A DNA stretch of 64,000 nt, taken from positions 384,001 through 448,000 of the forward strand of contig CAVTJJ010000004.1 in assembly GCA_963735035.1 (NCBI GenBank), read 5' to 3'. The position numbers and the translations under genes are program-made. Below the pieces are notes generated by a model. The model was not told the DNA's origin, did not search any database, and was given only the letters and a program-made list of their open reading frames with translations. The stretch comes from an uncultured candidate division Zixibacteria bacterium. Lineage in GTDB: Bacteria; Zixibacteria; MSB-5A5; GN15; FEB-12. Shown here one piece after another: positions 19,469 to 28,877 of the stretch. How positions within the stretch are numbered: position 1 is the first letter of the stretch; every line of letters begins with the position of its first letter.

Positions 19469-19493
19469 AAAGAGGCCCCACCTCGGGGCCTTT
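19469..19493. terminator. Hairpin between convergent genes
   Basis: AGGCCCC-ACCTC-GGGGCCT with A and T flanks. Confidence 0.6.
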
Positions 19494-20589
19494 ACGGTAA
19501 CGTTCGCCGGACTTTTTCGCCGGTCATCGCCTCGATCTCGTCGAGCAGCATCGTCTCAAGTTCCGATTCCGGGGCGGTCTTGATGATCTCGCCCTTCTTC
19601 ATCAGGATCGCTTTCCCCTTGCCGCCGGTTATGCCGACATCGGCCGCCGCCGCCTCTCCGGGGCCGTTTACGGGACATCCCATGACTGCAACCTTGAGAG
19701 ACGATTTCATGTGTTTGGTCTTCTGCTCGATCGATTCGGCCAGCGAGATTAGATCGATCTCACACCGTCCGCAAGTAGGGCAGGAGATGATTTCTACCCC
19801 TTCCTTGCGTAGCGCACAAGATTTGAGAATCTGCTTCGCGACCCTGATTTCGTGAATCGGATCGGCTGAGAGCGAGACCCGGATCGTGTCACCTATTCCG
19901 GTCAGTAGGATCGCACCGATCCCGACCGAGGATTTGATCGTCCCGGTCTCCAGCGTACCCGCCTCGGTAATTCCGACGTGTAGCGGATAGTCGCATCTCT
20001 GTGCGAGCAGATGATACGCCCAGAAGGCGGTCGTGGTGTTGGTCGATTTGACTGAGATTATGATATCGTGAAAGTCGAGTTCTTCGAGAATAGCCGCTTC
20101 GCGCAGAGCGGCTTCGACAAACGCCCGATGGTCGTCGTGGCCGTACTGCTCCAGCAGATCCTTCGGGAGCGAACCCGAATTAACGCCGATACGGATCGGA
20201 ATGCCCTTGTCCTTGGCTGCTTTGGTGACTTCGCGCACTTTCCAGGCCTCGCCGATATTTCCCGGATTGATCCTGATTTTGTCGAATCCGGCTTCAATTG
20301 CGGTCAGCGCCAGTTTGTACTGGAAATGAATGTCGGCCACCAAAGGGCGTTTGACTTGCAGTTTGATCGCTGCCAGTCTTTCGCCGGCGTCGGCGTTGAG
20401 CACCGAAAGTCGGACGATGTCCGCTCCGGCGTCGAATAGCTGGTTGGCCTGTTGTACGGTCGCATCGACATTGCGGGTGTCGGTGTTGGTCATCGACTGG
20501 ATGGCGATCGGGAATCCGCCCCCGATTATAACTTCGCCTACTTTGACGGCGCGGCTGCGACGGCGTTCTATCGGATAATTTAGTTCCAT
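19492..20589 (-). CDS. ispG: HMBPP synthase (GcpE)
   Basis: IQSMTNT, ADIHF, RINPGNIG, SCPTCGR and GCPVNGPGE motifs. Confidence 0.97.
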   Translation of the reverse strand: MELNYPIERRRSRAVKVGEVIIGGGFPIAIQSMTNTDTRNVDATVQQANQLFDAGADIVRLSVLNADAGERLAAIKLQVKRPLVADIHFQYKLALTAIEAGFDKIRINPGNIGEAWKVREVTKAAKDKGIPIRIGVNSGSLPKDLLEQYGHDDHRAFVEAALREAAILEELDFHDIIISVKSTNTTTAFWAYHLLAQRCDYPLHVGITEAGTLETGTIKSSVGIGAILLTGIGDTIRVSLSADPIHEIRVAKQILKSCALRKEGVEIISCPTCGRCEIDLISLAESIEQKTKHMKSSLKVAVMGCPVNGPGEAAAADVGITGGKGKAILMKKGEIIKTAPESELETMLLDEIEAMTGEKVRRTLP

Positions 20590-20666
20590 AAGCTTTGTTG
20601 ACCCATTCCAACTGAAGGCATAATTTACCCGTTGTACGGAACAGTGCAAACGAAAGTTGGTTTCCG

Positions 20667-21077
20667 GTGATCTGGCTGAAACGGCTCCTGCCCCTGTTTA
20701 TTATCGCGCTCGGCTACGGCGGGTACTCCATATGGGACAAATGGTATACCGAGAGGGAGATTCGCGACGAAAGCGAAATAGCGCTGGTTACCGCCCAGGT
20801 CTGGATTGCCACCGCTAAGTACCGCAACGACCCGGCCAGGTATATGCAGTTCCGCGATTCACTCCTTAAGGCCACGGGAGTGCCCCGCGACCGGGTGATG
20901 AAATTCCTGGAACGACGGGAGAGTGAACCGGAAGATCTCCTACCGTTTGCTCAGATGGTACAGAAAGAAGTCGACTCGCTCTACAAGATTGAGGATTCGA
21001 TAGCTCTGGCAGCGGTGAAAGCCAAATCGGTCGAAGATTCGGCGAAAGTTGTCGGTGCGAAGCCTCGAATTCCGTAA
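20667..21077 (+). CDS. Hypothetical membrane-anchored protein
   Basis: N-terminal TM followed by a helical domain; GTG start. Confidence 0.65.
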   Translation: MIWLKRLLPLFIIALGYGGYSIWDKWYTEREIRDESEIALVTAQVWIATAKYRNDPARYMQFRDSLLKATGVPRDRVMKFLERRESEPEDLLPFAQMVQKEVDSLYKIEDSIALAAVKAKSVEDSAKVVGAKPRIP

Positions 21078-21146
21078 ACTTGGAAGGGGCACCCGGTCTG
21101 GTCCGACGATGTTATGGGTACCAACAGATTGTCAGGGAGATATGAT

Positions 21147-22163
21147 ATGAAATTATCCCAAACTCTATTCGGCGCTCTTATGCTGCTGGTCATTGTCGCC
21201 TTTAGCGCGCAGGCTGCAGAATTGTCAGCACCGGTCGGTGATCGCTTTGACCGACCCATCGCGACCTTTTCAATTGTCGCTCGTGATTCGGTCACCGGCG
21301 AACTTGGTGTGGCGGTGGCTTCGAGATTCTTTACGGTGGGCAATGTTGTTCCATGGGCGAAGGCCGATGTCGGTGCCGTGGCTACACAGGCCTACTGCAA
21401 CACAACATTTGGCCCAAGAGGTTTGGAGCTTTTGGAGAAGGGCCTGACACCGCAGGAGATTCGCGACGTCTTGTTGCGCACCGACAGCGACCCCGGCCGT
21501 CGCCAGTTTGGTATCGTTGGCGCCGACGGCAAATCAGTCACATACACCGGTGGCGGTTGTTCCGCCTGGGCGGGGGGACGGTCTGGCCCCAACTATGCCG
21601 TGCAGGGAAATATTCTGGCTGGGGAGAAGGTCGTGATTGCGATGGAGAAAGCGTTCCTCGAGACCAAATCGAATCTGGCCGATCGCATGTACGCCGCCCT
21701 TCTGGCCGGTGAGGCCCAAGGTGGGGATTCGCGCGGCAAACAGTCGGCAGCGTTGCTTGTGGTCAAAGATAAGGCCGGGTACGGCGGCTTCAGCGACCGG
21801 GCGATTGATATTCGCGTGGATGACCATCCAGAGCCGTTTCTGGAACTTGGCCGCATTCTCAAGATCGCCCAGATGAATTACGCCTGGAACATCGCCTGGA
21901 CCGCGTTTACTGAGAAGCGGTTCGCCGACGCTCTCCCGTCGATGGAACGATGCGCCCAACTCGCGCCTGACAATGGCGAAGTATTTTACGATCTCGCCGT
22001 TATCCGTCTGTCCAACGGCGACCATGCCGGGTCGCTTGAAGCGCTTCGGAACGCTATAAAGTTCAATCCGAAACTGGTCGAGCAGGCCAGAGTGGATTCG
22101 GACTTGTCGGCCTTGAAAGATGATCCCGCGTTTCAATTGATCGTGGCAGAACCGAAGAAGTAG
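21147..22163 (+). CDS. DUF1028 (Ntn-hydrolase-like) protein with C-terminal TPR
   Basis: TFSIVARD..TGELGVAVAS, GAVATQA and GGDSRGKQSAA motifs; signal peptide. Confidence 0.9.
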   Translation: MKLSQTLFGALMLLVIVAFSAQAAELSAPVGDRFDRPIATFSIVARDSVTGELGVAVASRFFTVGNVVPWAKADVGAVATQAYCNTTFGPRGLELLEKGLTPQEIRDVLLRTDSDPGRRQFGIVGADGKSVTYTGGGCSAWAGGRSGPNYAVQGNILAGEKVVIAMEKAFLETKSNLADRMYAALLAGEAQGGDSRGKQSAALLVVKDKAGYGGFSDRAIDIRVDDHPEPFLELGRILKIAQMNYAWNIAWTAFTEKRFADALPSMERCAQLAPDNGEVFYDLAVIRLSNGDHAGSLEALRNAIKFNPKLVEQARVDSDLSALKDDPAFQLIVAEPKK

Positions 22164-22168
22164 AGAAC

Positions 22169-22549
22169 CTAGGCGGCTTCGAAGGCGTCGGGATAGTGCT
22201 CCAGCTTGCCGTTCTGGAAAGTGACGACATCGAATCTCAAGTCGACACCGGCTAGATTGACGGCGGCCAGGTACTCACGGGCGCACTGGGTGAGATTCTC
22301 GATCTTCTTCTTGTCCACCCGCTCGACAGGATGGCCGAATTTTGTCGAAGATGACGACTTTACTTCGACAAACGCAACCAGATCACCCTTGCGAACGATC
22401 AAATCGATTTCCTTGTGTCCCTTGCGCCAGTTGCGTTCGAGAATTTCGAAGCCCTGCTCGGTGTAGAACCGGGCGGCGAGCTGCTCGAATCTCTTCCCCC
22501 GCTCGATTTTGCGGCGATCTTTGGGCGGTTGGCTCTTAGAAGAGGGCAT
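22169..22549 (-). CDS. yraN: YraN (UPF0102) nuclease-like protein
   Basis: ILERNWR...EIDLI...FVEVK...RFDVV. Confidence 0.92.
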   Translation of the reverse strand: MPSSKSQPPKDRRKIERGKRFEQLAARFYTEQGFEILERNWRKGHKEIDLIVRKGDLVAFVEVKSSSSTKFGHPVERVDKKKIENLTQCAREYLAAVNLAGVDLRFDVVTFQNGKLEHYPDAFEAA

Positions 22550-23198
22550 ACTGGTTGATTATATCGGCCACGGGGCGGAAAGTGCGCCGATGAATATCAG
22601 TGGGGCCGAGGCGTCGAAGTTCTTCCATGTGTTCGGCGGTCGGATATCCTTTGTGGGTGGCAAACGAAAAGCCGGGGTACAATTCCTGATATTTGACCAT
22701 GATGCGGTCGCGGGTGACCTTGGCCACCACACTGGCGGCGGAAATGGCGCGGCACCGACGATCCCCGCCCACGATGGCAAACTGCGGTTGTGTCAGGTTG
22801 GGAACCGACATATTGCCGTCCACCAAAACAACATCCGGGGCTGGGTTCAGTTCGTGAACTGCCTTACGCATGGCGTAGAGCGACGCCCGAAGGATATTGA
22901 CCGTATCGATAGTCTTGTGATCGACAATGCCGACCGCACACGGTAAGCCGAGTTTGACAATTTGCTCGAAAACATCATCGCGCCGGGCCGGGGAGAGCTT
23001 CTTGGAATCGTCCAGCCCCTCGATTTCGACCTCGATCGGCAGGATCACCGCCGCCGCCACGACCGGTCCCGCGAGCGGCCCGCGTCCGGCCTCGTCCACC
23101 CCGCAGATGCTTCTGAAACCGCGCTCGTATAGAGTCGTCTCCAGATTTTCCAGAAACTGTTCGAGCTCTTGCGGGTCTATGGCGGTCTTTGACGGCAA
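22536..23198 (-). CDS. rnhB: Ribonuclease HII
   Basis: GVDEAGRGPLAGPV, DSKKL and HKGYPT motifs; likely TTG start at 23198 after GGAG. Confidence 0.95.
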   Translation of the reverse strand: MPSKTAIDPQELEQFLENLETTLYERGFRSICGVDEAGRGPLAGPVVAAAVILPIEVEIEGLDDSKKLSPARRDDVFEQIVKLGLPCAVGIVDHKTIDTVNILRASLYAMRKAVHELNPAPDVVLVDGNMSVPNLTQPQFAIVGGDRRCRAISAASVVAKVTRDRIMVKYQELYPGFSFATHKGYPTAEHMEELRRLGPTDIHRRTFRPVADIINQYALF

Positions 23199-23255
23199 TC
23201 TATTCTCCGAGCATGTGGCTGCAAATTGTCGCTGCCGAAGCTGTGTCGTCGGTTG

Positions 23256-23607
23256 TGTCAGGTCTTGTCCCCGCCTTTGGCGGGGATGTGACCTGACACT
23301 TGAAAACTGTGTTCCCGGCAACGCCACAACAGTTGACGGTAATTACCACTAATCTCAATGTCGAGCAACCAAAACTCTTTAATTAGGCGGGAGGGGCTGT
23401 TATCTTTGAGTCGAAGTTGTCGAAACCGCAGGGGTTTCGACCTACAAAAAGACGAGAAGCGTAGGTCGGGTTACGCGCATGGATTACTTGAGCGCGCAAC
23501 CCGACAATACGGTCGTATCCCCGCCGTGGCGGAGGATATCCAAGGGTGCGATGCGATGTCGGGTTTCCTTCGTCCCGCTTCTTGCGGGTCTCGAAAACCC
23601 GACCTAC
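23256..23607. repeat. REP cluster between rnhB and the RsmD-family gene
   Basis: TGTCAGGTC...GACCTGACA, GTCGAAACCGCAGGGGTTTCGACCTAC (identical at 33438), and GTAGGTCGGGTT...AACCCGACCTAC pair. Confidence 0.85.
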
Positions 23608-23635
23608 TTTAGGATCAGAGTCTGATTCGATAGCT

Positions 23636-24208
23636 ATGGCCAAAGACAAACAGTTCGATTTCAGAGTCATCGCCGGTGAATTGAAAGGGAAGAAGATCGT
23701 CTCGCCGGACCTGGGGATTACCCGCCCGCCGCTCACGCGCGTGCGGAAGTCCATATTCGACTATCTGACGCCCTATCTCGACGGCGCGTCTTATCTTGAT
23801 CTTTTCAGCGGAACCGGCTCATACCTGTTTGAAGCAGTCTCGCGCGGCGCCAGAGTTGGGACCGGCGTGGAGCTTGAACCGCGTCTGGCCGAGGCCATCA
23901 ACTCGCAAGCGAAACAGTTCGGGGTCGCGGATCGTCTGAGCTGTATTAGGGGTGATGTATTCAAGGTTATTCCCACCCTGAAACGCACCGGGGAGAATTT
24001 CGGCATCATCATGATGGCGCCGCCGCAATACAAAGGCATCATCGACAAGACTCTTACCATGTTGGGCGAACATCAACTGCTGGCGCCGAATGGGCAGATC
24101 ATCTGCCAGCATGATACATCTGAGACCGACAAGACCGAATGGGGTTCGTGGCGAATCGTCCAACAGCGCAAGTACGGAAACACGACGTTTACGATTCTAA
24201 ACATTTGA
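23636..24208 (+). CDS. rsmD: RsmD-family SAM-dependent methyltransferase
   Basis: FRVIAGELKG, TRP...VRKSIF, LDLFSGTGS, EAVSRGA and RKYGNT motifs; the usual DPPY reads APPQY here. Confidence 0.75.
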   Translation: MAKDKQFDFRVIAGELKGKKIVSPDLGITRPPLTRVRKSIFDYLTPYLDGASYLDLFSGTGSYLFEAVSRGARVGTGVELEPRLAEAINSQAKQFGVADRLSCIRGDVFKVIPTLKRTGENFGIIMMAPPQYKGIIDKTLTMLGEHQLLAPNGQIICQHDTSETDKTEWGSWRIVQQRKYGNTTFTILNI

Positions 24209-24266
24209 TCGGCAGGGTTCCATCCCTGCCGGAAGTCAGGCGGCAGGTACGGAGGCCTGCCGATCA
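24208..24266. repeat. REP pair
   Basis: ATCGGCAGGGTTCCATCCCTGCCG...GGCAGGTACGGAGGCCTGCCGATC. Confidence 0.8.
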
Positions 24267-24320
24267 GACTATGATGATTCTCGAATAACAAGTTGCGCGG
24301 AAATGAGGGGACAGGCGCTC

Positions 24321-24833
24321 TTACAGCCAGAGCGTCATGTCTTCGAGATCGACATAACGGCCATCGGGGAGTCGGTATCCGTGCAGGATCAAGCCGTTGG
24401 TGAAGAACCCGAGCGAAGTGTACAGCACACGTGCGCCGGTTTGAGTCATGGCGACATTCAACGTGAGCAACTCAAGACCGTCCCACGCGCGGGCTTCGTC
24501 GATCAATCGCTGCATTATCTGACGACTGATCCCTCTGCCACGCGCTTCCGGACGCACATACACCGCCCAGACCCAGGCACGATGTCGTTCTTTCAGGTTG
24601 TCGTCGCGTCGCAGCCCCGCTGAACCGATCAGGCGATCCCCCTCGAAGGCGCCCAGGATGAAGTTCTGTGGGAAAACCTCGCGAGGCGTCATCCACTCGA
24701 GGAATTTCTCCAGACTCATCTCAGTGGCTTCCTCGGGCGTCTGGCTGAACGCCTCCGGATGGTCGCGGCACATTTCCACGCGAAGTTCGCGGAAGGCGGT
24801 GGCATCGTCGAGTGTCAGTTTGCGGATAAGCAT
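24321..24833 (-). CDS. GNAT family acetyltransferase
   Basis: VYVRPEARGRGI...LYTSLGF. Confidence 0.92.
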   Translation of the reverse strand: MLIRKLTLDDATAFRELRVEMCRDHPEAFSQTPEEATEMSLEKFLEWMTPREVFPQNFILGAFEGDRLIGSAGLRRDDNLKERHRAWVWAVYVRPEARGRGISRQIMQRLIDEARAWDGLELLTLNVAMTQTGARVLYTSLGFFTNGLILHGYRLPDGRYVDLEDMTLWL

Positions 24834-24839
24834 GGAAGA

Positions 24840-24868
24840 ATGGTAAGGAATAACTTGAGTCGATGCAA
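24840..24868 (-). promoter_or_regulatory. Promoter, probably leaderless transcript
   Basis: TTGCAT-17-TACCAT, then 6 nt, then ATG 24833. Confidence 0.65.
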
Positions 24869-24977
24869 GGAACCGACGAGAGTAGTGTAACAGCGGCGTA
24901 GCTGAATCCGGAATCAGATAATATGGCAGACATAGAAGTCTGCAGTTTACGTCACAAGAGAAGTCGGTGCAGAATCG

Positions 24978-25101
24978 TTACCCACCGCAAGCGGTGGGGC
25001 ACCCGGCATATAGAGAAATCGGCAGGCATAGAAGCCTGCCGATCACTCACACTGGCAGCAGGTGCACAATCTTTACCCACCGCAAGCGGTGGGGCACCCG
25101 G
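24978..25101. repeat. Direct-repeated REP-like hairpins
   Basis: TTACCCACCGCAAGCGGTGGGGCACCCGGC twice, flanking ATCGGCAGGCATAGAAGCCTGCCGATC. Confidence 0.85.
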
Positions 25102-25476
25102 CTACTTCTTCTCGGTGCTGCTGTCGCTACCGGAAGAGAGTATTTCCTTAATGCGGGCCGATTTGCCGGTCAGGTCACGCATATAGTACAGCTTGCTGCG
25201 CCGCACCGATCCCTGGCGGATCCGCTCGATCTTGGCGACGTTCGGTGAGTGCAATGGGAAGACACGTTCCACGCCGATACCGTCGGAGATCTTCCGCACG
25301 GTGAACGTTTCACCGGTGCCACCGCCGCGACGGCTGATGACATCACCCTGGAAAACCTGAATACGCTCTTTGTCACCTTCTTTGATCAACACGTGTACCT
25401 TGACCGTGTCGCCCGAGCGGAACTCTGGGGTATGTTCACGCAGGTACTTCTTTTCGATTTGCGCGATTCGTTTCAT
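25102..25476 (-). CDS. rplS: 50S ribosomal protein L19
   Basis: FRSGDTVKV...[12 protein letters not shown]...GVERVFP. Confidence 0.98.
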   Translation of the reverse strand: MKRIAQIEKKYLREHTPEFRSGDTVKVHVLIKEGDKERIQVFQGDVISRRGGGTGETFTVRKISDGIGVERVFPLHSPNVAKIERIRQGSVRRSKLYYMRDLTGKSARIKEILSSGSDSSTEKK

Positions 25477-25518
25477 GATTCAGTCCTTTCTATACTAACA
25501 TCTCTCTATATGTCAAAA

Positions 25519-26244
25519 CTAGCTTTCGTCCTTCTCGTTCGCCTTCATGCGGGCCACCAGATCGGGACGAGTGCGGCGGCACTTTTCATAAGCCGCCTCA
25601 AAACGATATTTCTTGATCCGGGCATGATCGCCGGATACCAATACTTCGGGCACTTTCAGTCCGTCATACTCAACCGGTCTGGTGTAGCAGGGCGCGCCGG
25701 TGATATCATCCATGTGCGAATCACCCAGCGCCGATTCGAAGTTGCCGAGCACACCGGGGATCAACCGCGCGACTGCATCAATCATTACCGCTGCCGCCGG
25801 TTCACCGCCGGAAAGTACATAGTCGCCGATCGAGACTTCTTCCAAATCGTACAACTCCAACAGTCGTTCATCGACACCCAGATAATGGCCGCAAATGAGG
25901 GTGAGTCGTTCGCATAGCGAATACTCAACCGCCAGCGTTTGCACCAGAGGGTGTCCGGCCGCCGAGGTCAGAATGAGACGTTCTTTCGACGACTTCTCAT
26001 TCTGGTCCCGGTGGCGCCAGCCGAGCGACTGCAAGCAGCGATCCAGCGGCTCGAGCATCATTACCATGCCGCCGCCGCCGCCGTACGGGGTGTCGTCGAC
26101 CGTGTGATGCTTGTCGACGGCGAAATCCCGAAGCTGGATTATATCGATGTCAAAGAGCTTCTTGTCACAGGCCTTTCCGATCAACGACTGTCGTAACGAC
26201 AGGGTGAAATAATCCGGAAACAGCGTGACAATTTCAAATTTCAT
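25519..26244 (-). CDS. trmD: tRNA (guanine-N1)-methyltransferase
   Basis: VDDTPYGGGGGM, SIGDYVLSGGE and YTRP motifs. Confidence 0.97.
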   Translation of the reverse strand: MKFEIVTLFPDYFTLSLRQSLIGKACDKKLFDIDIIQLRDFAVDKHHTVDDTPYGGGGGMVMMLEPLDRCLQSLGWRHRDQNEKSSKERLILTSAAGHPLVQTLAVEYSLCERLTLICGHYLGVDERLLELYDLEEVSIGDYVLSGGEPAAAVMIDAVARLIPGVLGNFESALGDSHMDDITGAPCYTRPVEYDGLKVPEVLVSGDHARIKKYRFEAAYEKCRRTRPDLVARMKANEKDES

Positions 26245-26783
26245 GGCCCGGTCTTTTCGTCGGCGTCGTCGAACATGCCGCCGTGTAATACCTTCACTAT
26301 TCGTGCTGCGACATCAATCTGTCGCACGAAACTGTTCACCGCCGGGAAAAGCACGTCTTTGCCTGAGGCGGTTCGGACTACATACACGTCGTTGGCCGGG
26401 TACCGGATAACGTCCACGATTTCGCCCAGCCGTCGGTCACTCTCTTCGTCGCGGACTTCGCAGCCAACCAGATCGAACACGTAGTGGGTGTCCGGCGGTA
26501 GTTGAACCAACTGCTCTCTCGTGACTGCCAGTATCCGGTTGGTCAATCGACCGGCATCTTCGCGGCGGTTGATCCCGACAAACTTTATCGCCGGTCGTCC
26601 GCCGATCACCTTCGCGCCCTCAATCATGAGTTCGCGCCAGGTGTCCGATTCGCTTACCATGATCCGATCCAAATTGACGAATCGCTCCGGGAAGTCGGTA
26701 TCGGGCGTAATCCAGAGCCAGCCGAAGATGCCACGGGCGCGTCCCAGCCGACCGACCTGTATGAAATCTCCTTCTTGCGCCAA
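26241..26783 (-). CDS. rimM: 16S rRNA processing protein RimM
   Basis: VGRLGRARGIFG...DLVGCEV...ANDVYVV; operon position; TTG start. Confidence 0.93.
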   Translation of the reverse strand: MAQEGDFIQVGRLGRARGIFGWLWITPDTDFPERFVNLDRIMVSESDTWRELMIEGAKVIGGRPAIKFVGINRREDAGRLTNRILAVTREQLVQLPPDTHYVFDLVGCEVRDEESDRRLGEIVDVIRYPANDVYVVRTASGKDVLFPAVNSFVRQIDVAARIVKVLHGGMFDDADEKTGP

Positions 26784-26906
26784 CTACTCCAGTATCTCCA
26801 GGACCGCACGCTTGCCGTGACAAGCTGCGGTCGTGAGTCTCAGAACGGTACCACACACACCGTCAGCGATTGATACACAACCGCCTCGGTCTATGTCACC
26901 GGTCAT
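26784..26906 (-). pseudogene. khpA: Vestigial or minimal KhpA (40 codons, KH core missing)
   Basis: MTGDIDRGGCVSIADGVCGTVLRLTTAACHGKRAVLEILE*; canonical position between rpsP and rimM; KhpA-type C-terminus. Confidence 0.65.
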
Positions 26907-26960
26907 GCCGGTTCCAGGCTAACTGGGCAGAACGGCCTTTACGACCGTCCGTCCCAGGTA

Positions 26961-27386
26961 TCAGCCTTCAGTTTTTTCGCCGGCGGCCGCTTCGGCAGCC
27001 TTAACCGCCGCTTCAGCTTCAGCAGCCTGCGCTCTGGCCGCAATCGCCTTCTTGGCCTTGCGCGTCTTCTTCTTCCGCTCGGTGATAGTTGCCTTCACCG
27101 CTATTTCGGTCACGTCCACACCGGCCTGGGCCTTGTGGTACTTTTCCGTGAAGCCGATCTGGGTCAGAAGCGTGCCGACCGTATCGCTGGTTTCGGCGCC
27201 GTTGTTCAGCCAGTATGACAAGCGCTCTTCTTTGACGCTGATCACGGCCGGCTTTTCAATCGGGTTGTAGGTGCCGAGAATTTCCAGAAAACGACCATCG
27301 CGGGCGCGACGTGAATCGGCCGCTACGATGCGGTAGAACGGGCGCTTTTTCTTGCCCATCCGACGAAGTCTAATGTGTACTGCCAA
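26961..27386 (-). CDS. rpsP: 30S ribosomal protein S16 with C-terminal extension
   Basis: IRLRRMGKKKRPFYRIVAADSR..RDGRFLE.LGTYNP. Confidence 0.98.
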   Translation of the reverse strand: MAVHIRLRRMGKKKRPFYRIVAADSRRARDGRFLEILGTYNPIEKPAVISVKEERLSYWLNNGAETSDTVGTLLTQIGFTEKYHKAQAGVDVTEIAVKATITERKKKTRKAKKAIAARAQAAEAEAAVKAAEAAAGEKTEG

Positions 27387-27408
27387 CTAGGAATTCCTCC
27401 TTAAGTGT

Positions 27409-28737
27409 TTATCTCTGAAATGGCATTAAGTTCTTGGGTAAGCCTTTGAAGTCTTTCTTGCCGATCGATGCAAACATCTTCTGCATGGCAAAGAACTGCT
27501 TCAGTAGCTGGTTGACGGTCTGGACGCTTGTCCCGGAGCCGGTCGCGATTCGCTTCTTACGGGAACCGTCGATCTTGTGCGGGTGACGGCGTTCGTCCAG
27601 AGTCATCGATTTGATTATGGCCGCCGTTCGCTCCATCTCGCGTTCATCGATTTGAACGCCCTTGAGCGCCTTGCCGAGCCCCGGCACCATGCCGAGCACC
27701 GATTCCAGCGGACCCATCTTCTTGAGCTGGGCCATCTGCTCGAGAAAGTCCTCGAGATCGAATTTCGCTTTGAGAAGTTTCTCCTGGAGTTTCTCGGCCT
27801 GCGCCATGTCGACGGTCGCCTGGGCTTTTTCTACCAGCGTAACAATATCACCCATGCCGAGGATACGTGACGCCAATCTGTCAGGATGGAACGGTTCGAG
27901 ATCGGCCAGCTTTTCGCCGACCGACGCTAGCTTGATCGGGCAGCCGGTGACTTTGCGGATAGAGAGCGCCGCGCCGCCGCGAGCGTCGCCGTCGAGTTTT
28001 GACAGGACGACCCCGGTGATATCCAGACGCTTGTGGAATGCATCGGCGACATTAACCGCATCCTGGCCGGTCATGCTGTCGGCAACCAGAAGTATCTCGT
28101 GCGGTTTGACTGCTTTTTTGATCTCTTCGAGTTCGGTCATTAAGTCATCGTCGACATGCAACCGTCCGGCCGTGTCGAGAATGACCAGATCGACAAAGCT
28201 CTTCTCGGCATACTTGACCGCCTGGCGGCATATCTCTACCGGGTCTTGACCATCGAGCGAGAAATGCTCGACCTGAATCGAATCGGCGAGCACCTGGAGT
28301 TGTTTGACCGCGGCGGGACGATAGATATCGGCGGCGACCACGAGCGGCTTCTGATTCTTCCGCTTGTACATGAGCGCCAGCTTGCCGACCAGAGTCGTCT
28401 TGCCGGAACCCTGCAGGCCGCACACCATGAAGATCGTGGGGGATTTGTCGACAGGAACGAGGGGGACCGCTTTGCCGCCCAGAAGCTCGACCAGCTCGTC
28501 ATGAACGATTTTGACAATATGCTGGCCGGGATCGATAGACTTGAGTACCTCAGTGCCGATAGCTTTTTGCTCAACTGACTTGACGAAATCACGGGCGACC
28601 TTGAAGTTGACGTCAGCTTCAAGCAGCGCCTGCCGGACCTCGCGCATAGAGTCCTTGATATTCGTCTCCGAGATCTTGCCTAGGCCGCGCAGCTTTTTGA
28701 AGGCAAGCTCGAGCTTGTCGGTCAGATTTGAGAACAT
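27409..28737 (-). CDS. ffh: Signal recognition particle protein
   Basis: GLQGSGKTT, DTAGR and DGDARGGAALS motifs; M domain. Confidence 0.98.
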   Translation of the reverse strand: MFSNLTDKLELAFKKLRGLGKISETNIKDSMREVRQALLEADVNFKVARDFVKSVEQKAIGTEVLKSIDPGQHIVKIVHDELVELLGGKAVPLVPVDKSPTIFMVCGLQGSGKTTLVGKLALMYKRKNQKPLVVAADIYRPAAVKQLQVLADSIQVEHFSLDGQDPVEICRQAVKYAEKSFVDLVILDTAGRLHVDDDLMTELEEIKKAVKPHEILLVADSMTGQDAVNVADAFHKRLDITGVVLSKLDGDARGGAALSIRKVTGCPIKLASVGEKLADLEPFHPDRLASRILGMGDIVTLVEKAQATVDMAQAEKLQEKLLKAKFDLEDFLEQMAQLKKMGPLESVLGMVPGLGKALKGVQIDEREMERTAAIIKSMTLDERRHPHKIDGSRKKRIATGSGTSVQTVNQLLKQFFAMQKMFASIGKKDFKGLPKNLMPFQR

Positions 28738-28877
28738 GGCACTGAGTTTGTGGCTTCACCTCAAAAGTAAACGTTCGTCTATCTTGCTTTGGCCCAAGGC
28801 CAAAGAGCCCGGTAATATAGGAATTTGGAAAGAAAGGGCAAGGGGAGAAATGAACGGACTGGTCCGGTTCGGGCCCG

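Noticed and set aside
28740..28860. SRP RNA upstream of ffh
   Set aside because: No SRP helix 8 motif seen; the region reads as a promoter (TTGCCC-16-TATATT) plus leader.
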